Shown here one piece after another: positions 27,464 to 37,300 of a stretch of DNA of 64,000 nucleotides (positions are counted from its first letter, which is position 1; each line of letters starts with the position of its first letter). Source of the DNA: Leptonemataceae bacterium (GTDB lineage Bacteria; Spirochaetota; Leptospiria; Leptospirales; Leptonemataceae). The position numbers were made by a program, and so were the translations under genes. The stretch covers positions 4,320,001 through 4,384,000 of the forward strand of contig OZ245742.1 of NCBI GenBank assembly GCA_965227295.1, in the 5' to 3' direction. The notes beneath the pieces were generated by a model, which was given only the letters and a program-made list of their open reading frames with translations, did no database searches and was not told the DNA's origin.

Positions 27464-28705
27464 ATGAGCAGCATCGCAAAAATCGAAAACGATCCGGAGA
27501 TCCAAAAAGCCGTGAAGCGCATCGAAAAACGCTTCCGGGAGAACCCGTACATCGTTTCGGACATCATCGAAGAACGCGACGGGCGCACGTATCAATACGT
27601 CGACGTGGTCATGGAAGGCGGCGGCGTCCTCGGCGTCGCGCTCATCGGTTATCTCTACGCCCTGGAACGCGCCGGCATCCGCTTCCTGAGCATCGGCGGC
27701 ACCTCGGCGGGCTCTATCGCTGCGCTCCTGCTCATGGCCGTGGCGGATCGCGAGGAACCCCGGGCGGAGAAACTCGTGGAAATCCTGTTCCACATGAACC
27801 TGCACGATTTCATCGACGGAGACTCCGATGCTCAGGACTTCTCGCGTTTCCTGGCCGAGGGCGACCTCAAGAATCAAAAATTCAAGGCGGTCTGGAAGGG
27901 AGCGCAGGTGGTCGACAACGTCCTGAACGACTTCGGTCTGAACCCCGGCGACGCCTTCTGCCGGTGGATCCACGGCCACCTGGAAAACTTCGAAACCGAA
28001 ACCCTCCAGAAACTCAACGAGCGCATTCGGCGCAATCCGCCGGGCCTGAAGCATCGCCGAAGCGGCAAGTCCATGCGGAACACGCAGTCGAAACTCGCGC
28101 TGGTCGCGGCGGATATCACAACGGAAACCAAGGCGGTATTCCCGCGCATGGCGCCCATGTACTGGAAAAAGCCGGAAGAGAAATCTCCGGCCCTGTTCGT
28201 ACGCGCGTCCATGTCGATCCCGCTGTTCTTTCATCCGTTGAAAGTGGAAGGCGTTGCGCGCATTCGCGGCGTCAAGAAGCACTGGCAGGACGAAGGCCGC
28301 TACACCGGAAAAATTCCCGCGGCGGTCTACTTCGCCGACGGCGGCATCATGTCAAACTTTCCGATCAGCCTCTTTCACGAACACAAGGTGCCTGACGCAC
28401 CAACCCTGGGCGTCAAGCTGTCGCCCTTTGAACGTCAGTTGAACGAGATCGCGGACCTCACCGGGTACGGCATGGCCGTCTTTTCGGCAATTCGCCACTA
28501 TGCCGACTACGATTTCCTCTACAATAACCAGGATTACAACAAGCTGATCACTTACATCAACACGGCGTCTCATAACTGGCTGAACTTTTCCATGCAGGAG
28601 GCGGAAAAGCTGAGCCTCTTTCGCAAAGGCGTACTCGCCGCGGAACAATTCCTGAACGGCTTCGATTGGGAAGATTACAAAAGAATTCGCAAGAAGCTGC
28701 TGTGA
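27464..28705 (+). CDS. Patatin-like phospholipase
   Basis: EGGGVLG oxyanion motif, GTSAG nucleophile, DGGIMSNFP catalytic Asp. Confidence 0.93.
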   Translation: MSSIAKIENDPEIQKAVKRIEKRFRENPYIVSDIIEERDGRTYQYVDVVMEGGGVLGVALIGYLYALERAGIRFLSIGGTSAGSIAALLLMAVADREEPRAEKLVEILFHMNLHDFIDGDSDAQDFSRFLAEGDLKNQKFKAVWKGAQVVDNVLNDFGLNPGDAFCRWIHGHLENFETETLQKLNERIRRNPPGLKHRRSGKSMRNTQSKLALVAADITTETKAVFPRMAPMYWKKPEEKSPALFVRASMSIPLFFHPLKVEGVARIRGVKKHWQDEGRYTGKIPAAVYFADGGIMSNFPISLFHEHKVPDAPTLGVKLSPFERQLNEIADLTGYGMAVFSAIRHYADYDFLYNNQDYNKLITYINTASHNWLNFSMQEAEKLSLFRKGVLAAEQFLNGFDWEDYKRIRKKLL

Positions 28706-28724
28706 CACCGGCGTCGCGCCGTTT

Positions 28725-30044
28725 CTAAAATCCCGCCCGCGCCAGATAGCCGTCGAGCACATCCCGCCAGTCCCCGCTTGCCCCCAGCCGCGCCAGGTTT
28801 CCCGACGTCCCCGCAAAGGTCCGGTGCACCATCAAAATATCCGCGGGAAAGACAATTCCCAGGGACTCGTACCAATAATCCCCCGCCAGCCGCATCAGCC
28901 TGTCGCCCAGCTCCGGGTCCGAGCCGAAGCGATACGAACCACCGCCGAAGGGTTGCTCGAACAAAAACGCATGGTCTTTCACGAAGTTCACGGACAGCGG
29001 CGAACCGTCGCGCATATGAATGCCGGCGTCCTTCACGATCTCCGGCACGTCGCCGTAGCGCCGTTCCAGCAACGCCCGGGCCATCCGACCGTAGGCCGCG
29101 GCGAGACGATCGGGCACCGTCTTCACACAGCCGAAATCGTACAACACGATGCGACCGTCCTCACGATACGCGAAGTTGCCGGGATTCGGATCCGCGTGCA
29201 GAAAACGATGAATGAGCAGATTTTCCAGCGTCGTCTCGACAATCACCCGGCCCCAGCGATCGCGAAGTTCCTGGGAATAACCGCTGCTCGTCGCATCGTC
29301 CAGGCCCGGTTCGAAGGACATGGCCAGCACCCGCGGACCGGAGAGTTCGTCGATGACCTCGGGAATGATTACGCGGTCGTTGTCCCGATGCAGCGCGGCC
29401 ATCTTCTTGATGTGGCGGGCCTCGGCCTCGTAGTCCAGTTCTTCGTGCAGGCGGTCTTCCAGTTCCTGCCAGATCGGCTCGACGTCCCGGACGCCCAGGA
29501 TCATCAGCAGCGGGGCGGCGAGAATCTTTAAGTTGCGAATATCGGAAGTTACCACCCGCGGCATATCAGGGAACTGAATCTTCAGTGCGATCTCCCGGCC
29601 GTCGCGCATGCGTCCGCGGTGAACCTGGCCGATGCTCGCCGAGGCGAAGGCCGTTTCGTCGATGCTTTCGAGCAACGCGAAGTTATCGCCGAGTTCTGCG
29701 CGGAGCGCCGCTTCGATCTTCGGCCGGTAGGCGATGGGCTGCGCGTCCTTTTGCAGGGCGCTTAAGATCTGCGTGACCTCGGGCGGCAGAAAACCCTCGG
29801 CGCCGTGGATGCTCAGCATCTGCCCGAACTTCATGGCCGCGCCCTTCATGCTGCCCAGGCGTTCCACCAGACGTTCGGCCTCGCGAACATAAACTTTCTG
29901 AACTAATTCGGTCTTCGCGAGATCGTCAAGAAACGGAAGGCGCAGCTTCGTGCCGAACCAGGACGTTCCCAGGCGACCGGCGAGCCCGCCCAGGGCCATT
30001 GCCCGGCCGAAGGCGGAAGTGAGGATGTCTTCGCGGTCACTCAT
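28725..30044 (-). CDS. ABC1/UbiB(AarF)-family atypical kinase
   Basis: KGAAMKFGQ, ASASIGQVH, IALKIQFP, HADPNPGN, YDFG. Confidence 0.93.
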   Translation of the reverse strand: MSDREDILTSAFGRAMALGGLAGRLGTSWFGTKLRLPFLDDLAKTELVQKVYVREAERLVERLGSMKGAAMKFGQMLSIHGAEGFLPPEVTQILSALQKDAQPIAYRPKIEAALRAELGDNFALLESIDETAFASASIGQVHRGRMRDGREIALKIQFPDMPRVVTSDIRNLKILAAPLLMILGVRDVEPIWQELEDRLHEELDYEAEARHIKKMAALHRDNDRVIIPEVIDELSGPRVLAMSFEPGLDDATSSGYSQELRDRWGRVIVETTLENLLIHRFLHADPNPGNFAYREDGRIVLYDFGCVKTVPDRLAAAYGRMARALLERRYGDVPEIVKDAGIHMRDGSPLSVNFVKDHAFLFEQPFGGGSYRFGSDPELGDRLMRLAGDYWYESLGIVFPADILMVHRTFAGTSGNLARLGASGDWRDVLDGYLARAGF

Positions 30045-30151
30045 ACTTCCTTACAATATAGGCGCTCAGGATTCCATTGGAGGGAGATTTTTTCGTTCGC
30101 AGAACAAAGACGGATCAACCACCGAGGCGCCTCGGTGGTAAAAAAAGCCTT

Positions 30152-30847
30152 TCAGGAGTTCGTCACCCCGCAGGCCTGGTTGGCCGGCACGGCGATGTCC
30201 ATCATCTTCGGGTTCGGCAGATTCAGGTTGTTCATCAGCTCCACATACTCGGCCTTCGATTTCACCTGCAGTCGCGGATTGAGCGCCCGCTCTTCGGCGA
30301 TCGTGCTCACCGTGCGCCCGCGGTAGTCGTGGGCCGGATAGACAAAGGTATCGTCCGGCAGGGTCAGCAGTTTTTCGAAAATGCTGTCGTAAGAATCTTC
30401 GGGCGAACCGTTCTGAAAATCCGTACGCCCGGTACCGCGAATCAAAAGCGTGTCGCCGGTAAAGACCGAACCGTTCCAGAGAAAGCAGTACGAGTCGTCG
30501 GTATGACCGGGCGTATACATCGCTCGAAGCTGCACGCCGTCGATCGTGAGTGTCTCGCCGTCGGAGACCCGCATGGAAACGCAGTCCGCCCTGGACTGTG
30601 CCCCCATGACGGTGACACATTCCGTCTGCTCCCGCAGGGCGCCGAGGGCGGTGATGTGGTCCGCGTGCACGTGGGTGTCCACGGCCTGTACGAGTTTCAG
30701 ATCGAAGAAACGGATCAACTCCAAATACTGCTCCACATTCTCGACGACCGGATCGATCAGCAGGGCCTCCCGGCCCGGCCCGGAGGCAATCAAATAGGTA
30801 TACGTACTGGAAGTGGGATCATAAAACTGTCGAAAAATCGGCGCCAT
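30152..30847 (-). CDS. ETHE1-like persulfide dioxygenase (MBL fold)
   Basis: STYTYL, THVHADH, TPGHT, GRTDFQNG, PAHDY, NPRL and C-terminal PANQACG. Confidence 0.92.
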   Translation of the reverse strand: MAPIFRQFYDPTSSTYTYLIASGPGREALLIDPVVENVEQYLELIRFFDLKLVQAVDTHVHADHITALGALREQTECVTVMGAQSRADCVSMRVSDGETLTIDGVQLRAMYTPGHTDDSYCFLWNGSVFTGDTLLIRGTGRTDFQNGSPEDSYDSIFEKLLTLPDDTFVYPAHDYRGRTVSTIAEERALNPRLQVKSKAEYVELMNNLNLPNPKMMDIAVPANQACGVTNS

Positions 30848-30876
30848 ACAAACCTCCGGAAAACGGTGGGCATATC

Positions 30877-30897
30877 ATACCCCATATGGTATATACC
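30877..30897. promoter_or_regulatory. CsoR/CstR-like operator ATACC-N6-GGTAT
   Basis: ATACCCCATATGGTAT (30877-30892) overlapping the palindrome GGTATATACC, in the short divergent spacer between the dioxygenase and SulP genes. Confidence 0.6.
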
Positions 30898-30929
30898 CGA
30901 AATAACGTTCTTCGTTCCCGGCGTCAAGC

Positions 30930-32642
30930 ATGATGCGGCTCACCGAATACTTCACATCTCACCTGCGCGGCGATATCAACGCCGGTTTCACCGTGGGCGT
31001 GCTGCTCATCCCCCAGGGCATGGCTTACGCCTCCATTGCCGGCCTGCCGCCGGTCTACGGACTCTACACCGCCCTCGTCCCCCTGCTCGTCTACGCCGTC
31101 TTCGGTACGTCCCGGCAACTCGCCGTGGGCCCGGTGGCCATGGATTCCCTGCTCGTGGCGAGCGGCGTCTCCGCCCTGGCCCTGGCCGGCAGTGATCGCT
31201 ACATCGAACTGGCCCTGGGTCTGGCCCTACTCACCGGTACGTTTCAGTTTCTCTTCGGCCTCCTGCGTCTGGGGTTCCTCGTACACTTCCTGTCCCGACC
31301 GGTCATCAGCGGGTTCACGTCCGCTGCGGCGGTGATCATCAGTCTACACCAGGTGCCGAATCTCCTGGGCATCCCCGTGGAACGCGCGTCCACGCCTCTA
31401 ATGTTCGGCAAGATTTTATTAAGTCTGCCCGACGCGCATCTGAGCACGGCGTTCCTCGGCCTCGCTTCCATCGCCGTCATCCTGCTGTTCAAACGGCGGC
31501 TCCCGAAGGTTCCCGCGGCCCTGGCCGTGGTTGTCGCCGGCATCCTGTTTGTGCGTTTGCTGGGCCTCAAGGACATCGGCGTGGACATCGTCGGTGCGGT
31601 GCCCGCCGGTCTGCCTGAGTTTCACTTGCCGAGCATTAGCGTCGCCGACGCGCAGTTGCTCCTGCCGGCGGCACTCTCCCTGGCATTGATGGGTTACCTC
31701 GAAGCCGTATCCATCGCGCAGTCCGTGCGACCGCCGGACGAACAACCGGACGGCGACAGCAACCGCGAGCTGATCGCCCTCGGGATCAGCAACGCCGTCG
31801 GCGCCGTCTTTCAATCGTATGCCATGACCGGCAGCTTTTCGCGTTCGGCGGTCAACGCCCAGGCCGGGGCGCGCACGAAGTTCGCCGCGGTGATCAGCGC
31901 CGGCATCGTCGCCCTGGTCCTCCTGTTTTTCGCCGATTGGTTTTATCATTTGCCCAAAGCCGTGCTCGCCGCCATCATTGTCGTGGCCGTTTCGGGCCTG
32001 TTCGATCGTGAACTGCCCGCGTATCTGTATCGCACGAACAAAGAAGAGTTCGCCATGCTCATGCTCACGTTTGCGATTACGTTCATCTTCGGCATCGTTC
32101 CGGGCATCGGGGCCGGCGTCCTCGTTTCGCTGCTGCTGCTCATTCGTCGCACCACGTCTCCGCACTACGCCGTACTGGGCCGCATCCCCGGCACCACCGA
32201 CTATCGGAACGTCCGACGCTTCGGCGACCTGGACACAAGCCCGGAGATCCTGGTCTTCCGCTACGACGCTCAGTTATTTTTTGCCAACATCGACCACTTT
32301 CTGGAGAGCCTGCGAAAACAAATTCGTTGTCGGCCGGGACTGCAACTGGTCCTTTTGCATTGTGGTTCCATCCACTTCGTCGATTCCACCGCCCTGAGTG
32401 AACTGCGCCGGCTCATCGCGGACTTACACAAGCAGGACATCGAAGTCTACTTCACGGCGCTCATCGGACCTGTACGGGATTTCTTTCGGCGCACGGGATT
32501 CTTCGAGGAGATCGGTGAGGACAAGTTTTTCCTGCAACCCCAGCAGGCTGTGGACGCTTTCGGCCGCGGCGGATTCACCGGGCCGCGGGAACGTGATCTC
32601 ATCTTACGTGCTTCGCAGTCCGGCGTGTTTCGAGAAAATTAG
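30930..32642 (+). CDS. SulP-family anion transporter with STAS domain
   Basis: GDINAG...IPQGMAYA...GLY, GSFSRS, STAS LFFAN...FVDSTA. Confidence 0.95.
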   Translation: MMRLTEYFTSHLRGDINAGFTVGVLLIPQGMAYASIAGLPPVYGLYTALVPLLVYAVFGTSRQLAVGPVAMDSLLVASGVSALALAGSDRYIELALGLALLTGTFQFLFGLLRLGFLVHFLSRPVISGFTSAAAVIISLHQVPNLLGIPVERASTPLMFGKILLSLPDAHLSTAFLGLASIAVILLFKRRLPKVPAALAVVVAGILFVRLLGLKDIGVDIVGAVPAGLPEFHLPSISVADAQLLLPAALSLALMGYLEAVSIAQSVRPPDEQPDGDSNRELIALGISNAVGAVFQSYAMTGSFSRSAVNAQAGARTKFAAVISAGIVALVLLFFADWFYHLPKAVLAAIIVVAVSGLFDRELPAYLYRTNKEEFAMLMLTFAITFIFGIVPGIGAGVLVSLLLLIRRTTSPHYAVLGRIPGTTDYRNVRRFGDLDTSPEILVFRYDAQLFFANIDHFLESLRKQIRCRPGLQLVLLHCGSIHFVDSTALSELRRLIADLHKQDIEVYFTALIGPVRDFFRRTGFFEEIGEDKFFLQPQQAVDAFGRGGFTGPRERDLILRASQSGVFREN

Positions 32643-33244
32643 TGCGCTGGAATGTACCCGCCGTCCATGGCGGCGATACGCTTCCGATCGCTGAGATAGT
32701 CCAGTCTCAGGTTTGACGGCAATGCACGCCACCGGCATGGCTGGATTTTGAGCCTTCGTTCGTATCGATTCTGGTGTATATACAGTCTTTCTGAGTATTG
32801 AAGGTAAGAGGGGTAGTTCGCATCATAGTTCTCCAGAGAATTTGTAGGAACTCCGACAAATTTCTTCGCACCCCCCGCGGCTTCCAATCGGAGCAACCAT
32901 GTAAAAAGAAAGCAGCGAGACATTCCGAGAAAAGCCGCAATCTGGCCAAGCTCGACCCAGATCTCGTTTTCGATGCGGAATGAGACACGAACGGGCTGAA
33001 GACCGGCGGTTTGGTAACAGCGCTTCACGCCGCCGGCCTGTGGAATACCGTAGGCGAGGCAGGTGGCACGATACTTACGCACAAGGACTCGCAGGTATTT
33101 GGACATGCCATAGCCCTTGAGTTCCAGGATCCGTTGTAGGTCCTCATGTAAGTTAGCGGGGACCAACAACGTACAGGGTGTGTTCGGCCTGCTCCTGGCA
33201 GATCGAACGAATGTGAGATTACTGTGAAATCTAAGCTGAAGCAT
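32639..33244 (-). CDS. DUF1564-family protein (Leptospira-type, ribbon-helix-helix-like)
   Basis: CTLLVP...YQ...RVSFRI...WVELGQIAAFLGMSRCFLFTWLL...GVPT signature; visibly lower GC than the flanks; ATG at 33244. Confidence 0.75.
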   Translation of the reverse strand: MLQLRFHSNLTFVRSARSRPNTPCTLLVPANLHEDLQRILELKGYGMSKYLRVLVRKYRATCLAYGIPQAGGVKRCYQTAGLQPVRVSFRIENEIWVELGQIAAFLGMSRCFLFTWLLRLEAAGGAKKFVGVPTNSLENYDANYPSYLQYSERLYIHQNRYERRLKIQPCRWRALPSNLRLDYLSDRKRIAAMDGGYIPAH

Positions 33245-33329
33245 GTGTGGACTCTCCGGGATTTTAGGGAGGTATCCAGATATCCGGATCGTTCCGGAGA
33301 ATTTGCCTGTGCATCTAAAAAAAGTACCG

Positions 33330-33345
33330 TGTAGGAACTTCGACA
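33330..33345. repeat. TGTAGGAACTYCKACA palindromic motif (also at 32843-32858 and 41104-41119)
   Basis: Three near-identical copies read directly from the sequence. Confidence 0.7.
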
Positions 33346-33363
33346 TATAGACCGCCGACGGCC

Positions 33364-34332
33364 CTAAGCCGCGTCTGCCGGCCGCAATTGCCGACGCAAA
33401 AACTCGACAATCCCTATCAAGGAACCAAAGAATACGGCCTGGCTCGCGAAGATCACAGCCAGGATGAGTCTCCAATCGTCCGGCGCATTCTCCAGCATGG
33501 CCGCATCTCCCGCCAGAACTTCCACAATGATCATCCACGGGAAAGCGATGAGAACGACGTAGATATTCGCAAACAAAGCAAACGAGCTGGCCCAGGCGCA
33601 GAGTGCCACATAAGCGCCGATCCGCAGACGCATCAGCATGAGAATGTCCCCCAGCCAGCCGCCACCGAGGACCAGAGCACCGGCGACCAGGTAGGCGTCC
33701 GGCAATTCAGCGCGTTCCGCATACAGGATGAAGGCCGTAACGATGCGCAGACAGATCGCGGCGAACAAAAGCAGAGACACGGCAATTCCATTCGCCCTGC
33801 GCGCTCCGCCATACGCAATCAGCCGGTAGTCGTCCGAAAGTCGATGCAGGTGATTCCACCATTCGAACGGAGCCGGCAATCGGAGCGCAAACGTGTGCAG
33901 AAATACGAGCAGCCAGGCATACAGGTACGGCACTGCCAGCGCGCCGTGTAAGACCGGTGCCGGCAGTAAACGTTCCTGATCGTCCCGGCCGAAGAACAAA
34001 CCCGCAAAGGTATGAACAAGGATCCCGAAATAAATCACTATCATTGGGAACATGATGTACGGTGCCGCAACAAACCGCGCCACTACCGCAATGGACGCCA
34101 CCAGGGACACGCCGGCCAGGAACCAGGCAAAGCCGAAGCGCGTTCCTTCTTCGTTCGACTCCAGCCACAAGACGTCATTCCAGGAAAGATACGCCCCATA
34201 AGCCTGCAACCCCACATTCAAGACGGCAACACCGATGACGATACAAAACGCAAAATACGAAAGCGAGATGCGTCGCGTCTCACTTGCCTTCAGATGATCC
34301 CCGGGAGAAAACGGATTCTCGGAGCGCGACAT
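33364..34332 (-). CDS. Hypothetical polytopic membrane protein
   Basis: About 8 hydrophobic segments; ATG overlaps the upstream stop. Confidence 0.7.
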   Translation of the reverse strand: MSRSENPFSPGDHLKASETRRISLSYFAFCIVIGVAVLNVGLQAYGAYLSWNDVLWLESNEEGTRFGFAWFLAGVSLVASIAVVARFVAAPYIMFPMIVIYFGILVHTFAGLFFGRDDQERLLPAPVLHGALAVPYLYAWLLVFLHTFALRLPAPFEWWNHLHRLSDDYRLIAYGGARRANGIAVSLLLFAAICLRIVTAFILYAERAELPDAYLVAGALVLGGGWLGDILMLMRLRIGAYVALCAWASSFALFANIYVVLIAFPWMIIVEVLAGDAAMLENAPDDWRLILAVIFASQAVFFGSLIGIVEFLRRQLRPADAA

Positions 34333-37300
34333 CAAAAATTAAACCCCACGGAAAAGACGCCCTTCCATTTGCGCGGGGGATCGCTGGTCTTGAAATCGTA
34401 CGGCGTCGCCCACTCGATCTTCATCACCGCCCCGGGAATCACGAACCACATGAAGTTCTGCCAGTGAATGCCGACGCCGTACGAGGCGTATAGATCCCGC
34501 GTGGAGTTCGCGTCCGAGTCGTAGGCCTGGTACGTATCACTGTCGTCGAAGGCGGAGCCGGCGTCCACAAACAGTACGCCCTGGATGCCGCCCGGCGACC
34601 ACTCCGCGGGAAAACCGAACAGGATGTATTTCACGAACGGCACGCGCAACTCCACGTTCGAAAAGAACGCGTGACGACCTTCGAATTCCTGAAAGTCGTA
34701 ACCGCGAATCGTCGCATAACCGCCGATGCGAAAGGGATAATCCGTGGCGTCGCCGCCGGTCACGGAGCCGCCGAACAAACGCCAGTGAAACGTCCAGCCG
34801 TTCTCGAACCAGTGGTGCAGGCGATACTCTGCGGCCAGAGCATAGACCTCGCGTTCGATACCGAGCGGACGTAACGGCACACCGTACGAAAAAAAGATGC
34901 CGTGACCGTCCAGCGCCCCGTAACGCCCGTACACCGTGTTGTCGAAACGATAGGACAACGAAACCTGATAATGATTTACAAAGACGTCCTCTTGCTCGCG
35001 TTCCTCCGGCAGGCGCCGCCGAAAGATGCGTTCCTCCCGCCCCTGCTCGAACGCCAGGGTCAGGCTGCCGAACTTGTGCAGCGGGTACTCCACGCCGCCA
35101 TAAACGCCGTACACATCCTGGTCCAGCACGCGAAAGTACGGATTATAGAGAATGTTGTTTAAGCTGAGATCGTAGAAAGTTTGCACCGGAAAGGCCCCGG
35201 ACTGCCGATAGACCCCGGCGAAGAAATCCGGTCTTAACTTTAAATACGAGTATCTTAGGTCCAGGGACCATTCCGGCGGGGCCTCCCCGTAACCCAGCAG
35301 CGTAAACAACCGATGGTCACCGGCGTCGTCGGCGAACTGCGCCGCGGCGATGCCGGCAATGCGGGTCTCTCCGTCGGCGTCGCTGCCGCCGCCCACGAGG
35401 ACAAACGGAAAACCCTCGAAGGACAGCGCCGGTCGGTACTCCCGGCCGAAGTCCAGGTACTCCGGCGCCTCGTCGAGCACGACGTTCGCGAGCGGCGAAC
35501 GATACAGCGCGGGATCGAACGTCCGCGTCTCCGGGTCCAACGGCGTCGCCGCGCTGATTCGCCGCGGGTTTTCCGAACGCCGGCCGTCGGCCCCAAGGCC
35601 CGCCGGAAGATAGACGAGTTCCAGGGCCCCGTCGCGGCGTTCGGTGAAGGCCAGGCCCTCGCACTCCTCCGGAACGGCGACCGAGTCCGCTGCATCATCC
35701 TCCTGCGTGACAATCTCGCAGCGCCCGGCCATGACAAGGGACGCGTGGACAACTCCCGTCGCCGACTGCGTGAGCGGTTGCACATCCTCGGCGACGACTG
35801 CGACGCTTCGCACGCTCGCGTTTTCCAGGCGGTAGAGGTTGCGCACGCCGCTGTGATCGCTGGTGAAGATCAGACTGTCTCCCTCCGCCGGAAGCGGCGC
35901 CTCCGCTCTCCCGGGAAGATCCGTCAGCAGATTGCGGCTTAAGTATCGTTCATTTGCATTTAGCCACGAACCGTCGTCCGCGCGCAGACGCAGGCGCACA
36001 AGATCCCGGCGACCGGGCGCGTCACGGCCGACGCTGAAGAAGACAAAGCGGCCGTCGTTCGAAAGCCGGGCATCGCTCTCGTACGCGTCATCATCCGTCA
36101 GCCGCCGTAATGTTCCGTCACTCAAAGTTAGTACAAACAGATCCGACCGCCCGCGAGTGACGCCGGTGAACACCACCGACTGCCCGTCCGGACCGAACAC
36201 GGGATACTGCATGGCATCGAAGGGCGGCCGGAGCGCGCGGATCACGCTTTCTTCCCGAACGTCGACGATCAACAGCGCCTGCTCGCCGGCGAAACGACCG
36301 GCGACCAGCAGAAACCGGCCGTCCGGAGACCAGCTCAATCGCGTGGTGAGCGGCTGGTACTCCTCGTAACGTTTCGAACGTAACGCCTTGACGACAATCA
36401 CGGTCTCATCCAGTTGATCGGGACTGACGTCGGGACCCGGCGCCGGACGCACCACGATCGAAGGAAAGATGCCCGTCGCCGAGATGTACGCGATGGACTT
36501 GCCGTCCGGAGACAACGCCGGATGCAGATGAAAACCGATGCGATCACTCAGCGGGCCGTCGGGATCGAAACGCAGGGACACCGGCCGCATCCGCGCGTCG
36601 TTCTGTTGCAACGCGGCCCGGGCCGGCGCGTAGCGATCATACCAATAATCCACGAACGCGAGGTCGAACTCCTCGGGTGTCATATCAAAAGCCGAGTGAT
36701 ACGCCGTGCGCGGATCCCGGAGCGCCGCGATCTCCTTCACGAAAAATTCCACCCGCTCCCGGCCGAAGCGCTCCTCGATAAACACAAACACGGCCTGGCC
36801 CATCTTGTAAAACGCGTAACCCGACCGGACGCGACCGGCTTCCAGGTCGGCAATGGACGGCAGCTTTCCGTGCAACGCCAGGTCACGCACGAACACCTCC
36901 GCCGAAGCGTCCCAGCCCAGCGTCAAATACTCGCACAGCCCTTCCATCAACCACAACGGATAGAGATCGTAGCGCGGGCCGATGAATACATCGAACTGGA
37001 AGGCGTGGGCAATCTCATGCGAAAGAACATGACGCAGGCTCTCGTAGTCGCCGTTGAACGGGACGACCACGCGCCGCCGAAAAAAATCCGTAAAGCCGCC
37101 GGTGGACTCACCCGGCGAAAACGGCAGAATGTTCGTCGCCGAAAAGTCCTGGTTCGAAGCGTAGAGGAAGATCGGGATAACTTCCTGCATGCGATGGCCG
37201 AGCACGCGTCGAAAGCGCGCATGGGCTTCTTCCGCAATCACCGAAGCCCGTACGGCGACCTCTTCGTAGCCCGGGGGATAGTGAATCCGGAAGTGCTGTG

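Noticed and set aside
27173..28705. Retron or CBASS interpretation of the structured region plus patatin
   Set aside because: No reverse transcriptase or CD-NTase gene is nearby.
33245..33538. N-terminal extension of the DUF1564 ORF to 299 aa
   Set aside because: It overlaps the upstream membrane-protein gene and the intergenic motif; family-like sequence begins only near ATG 33244.
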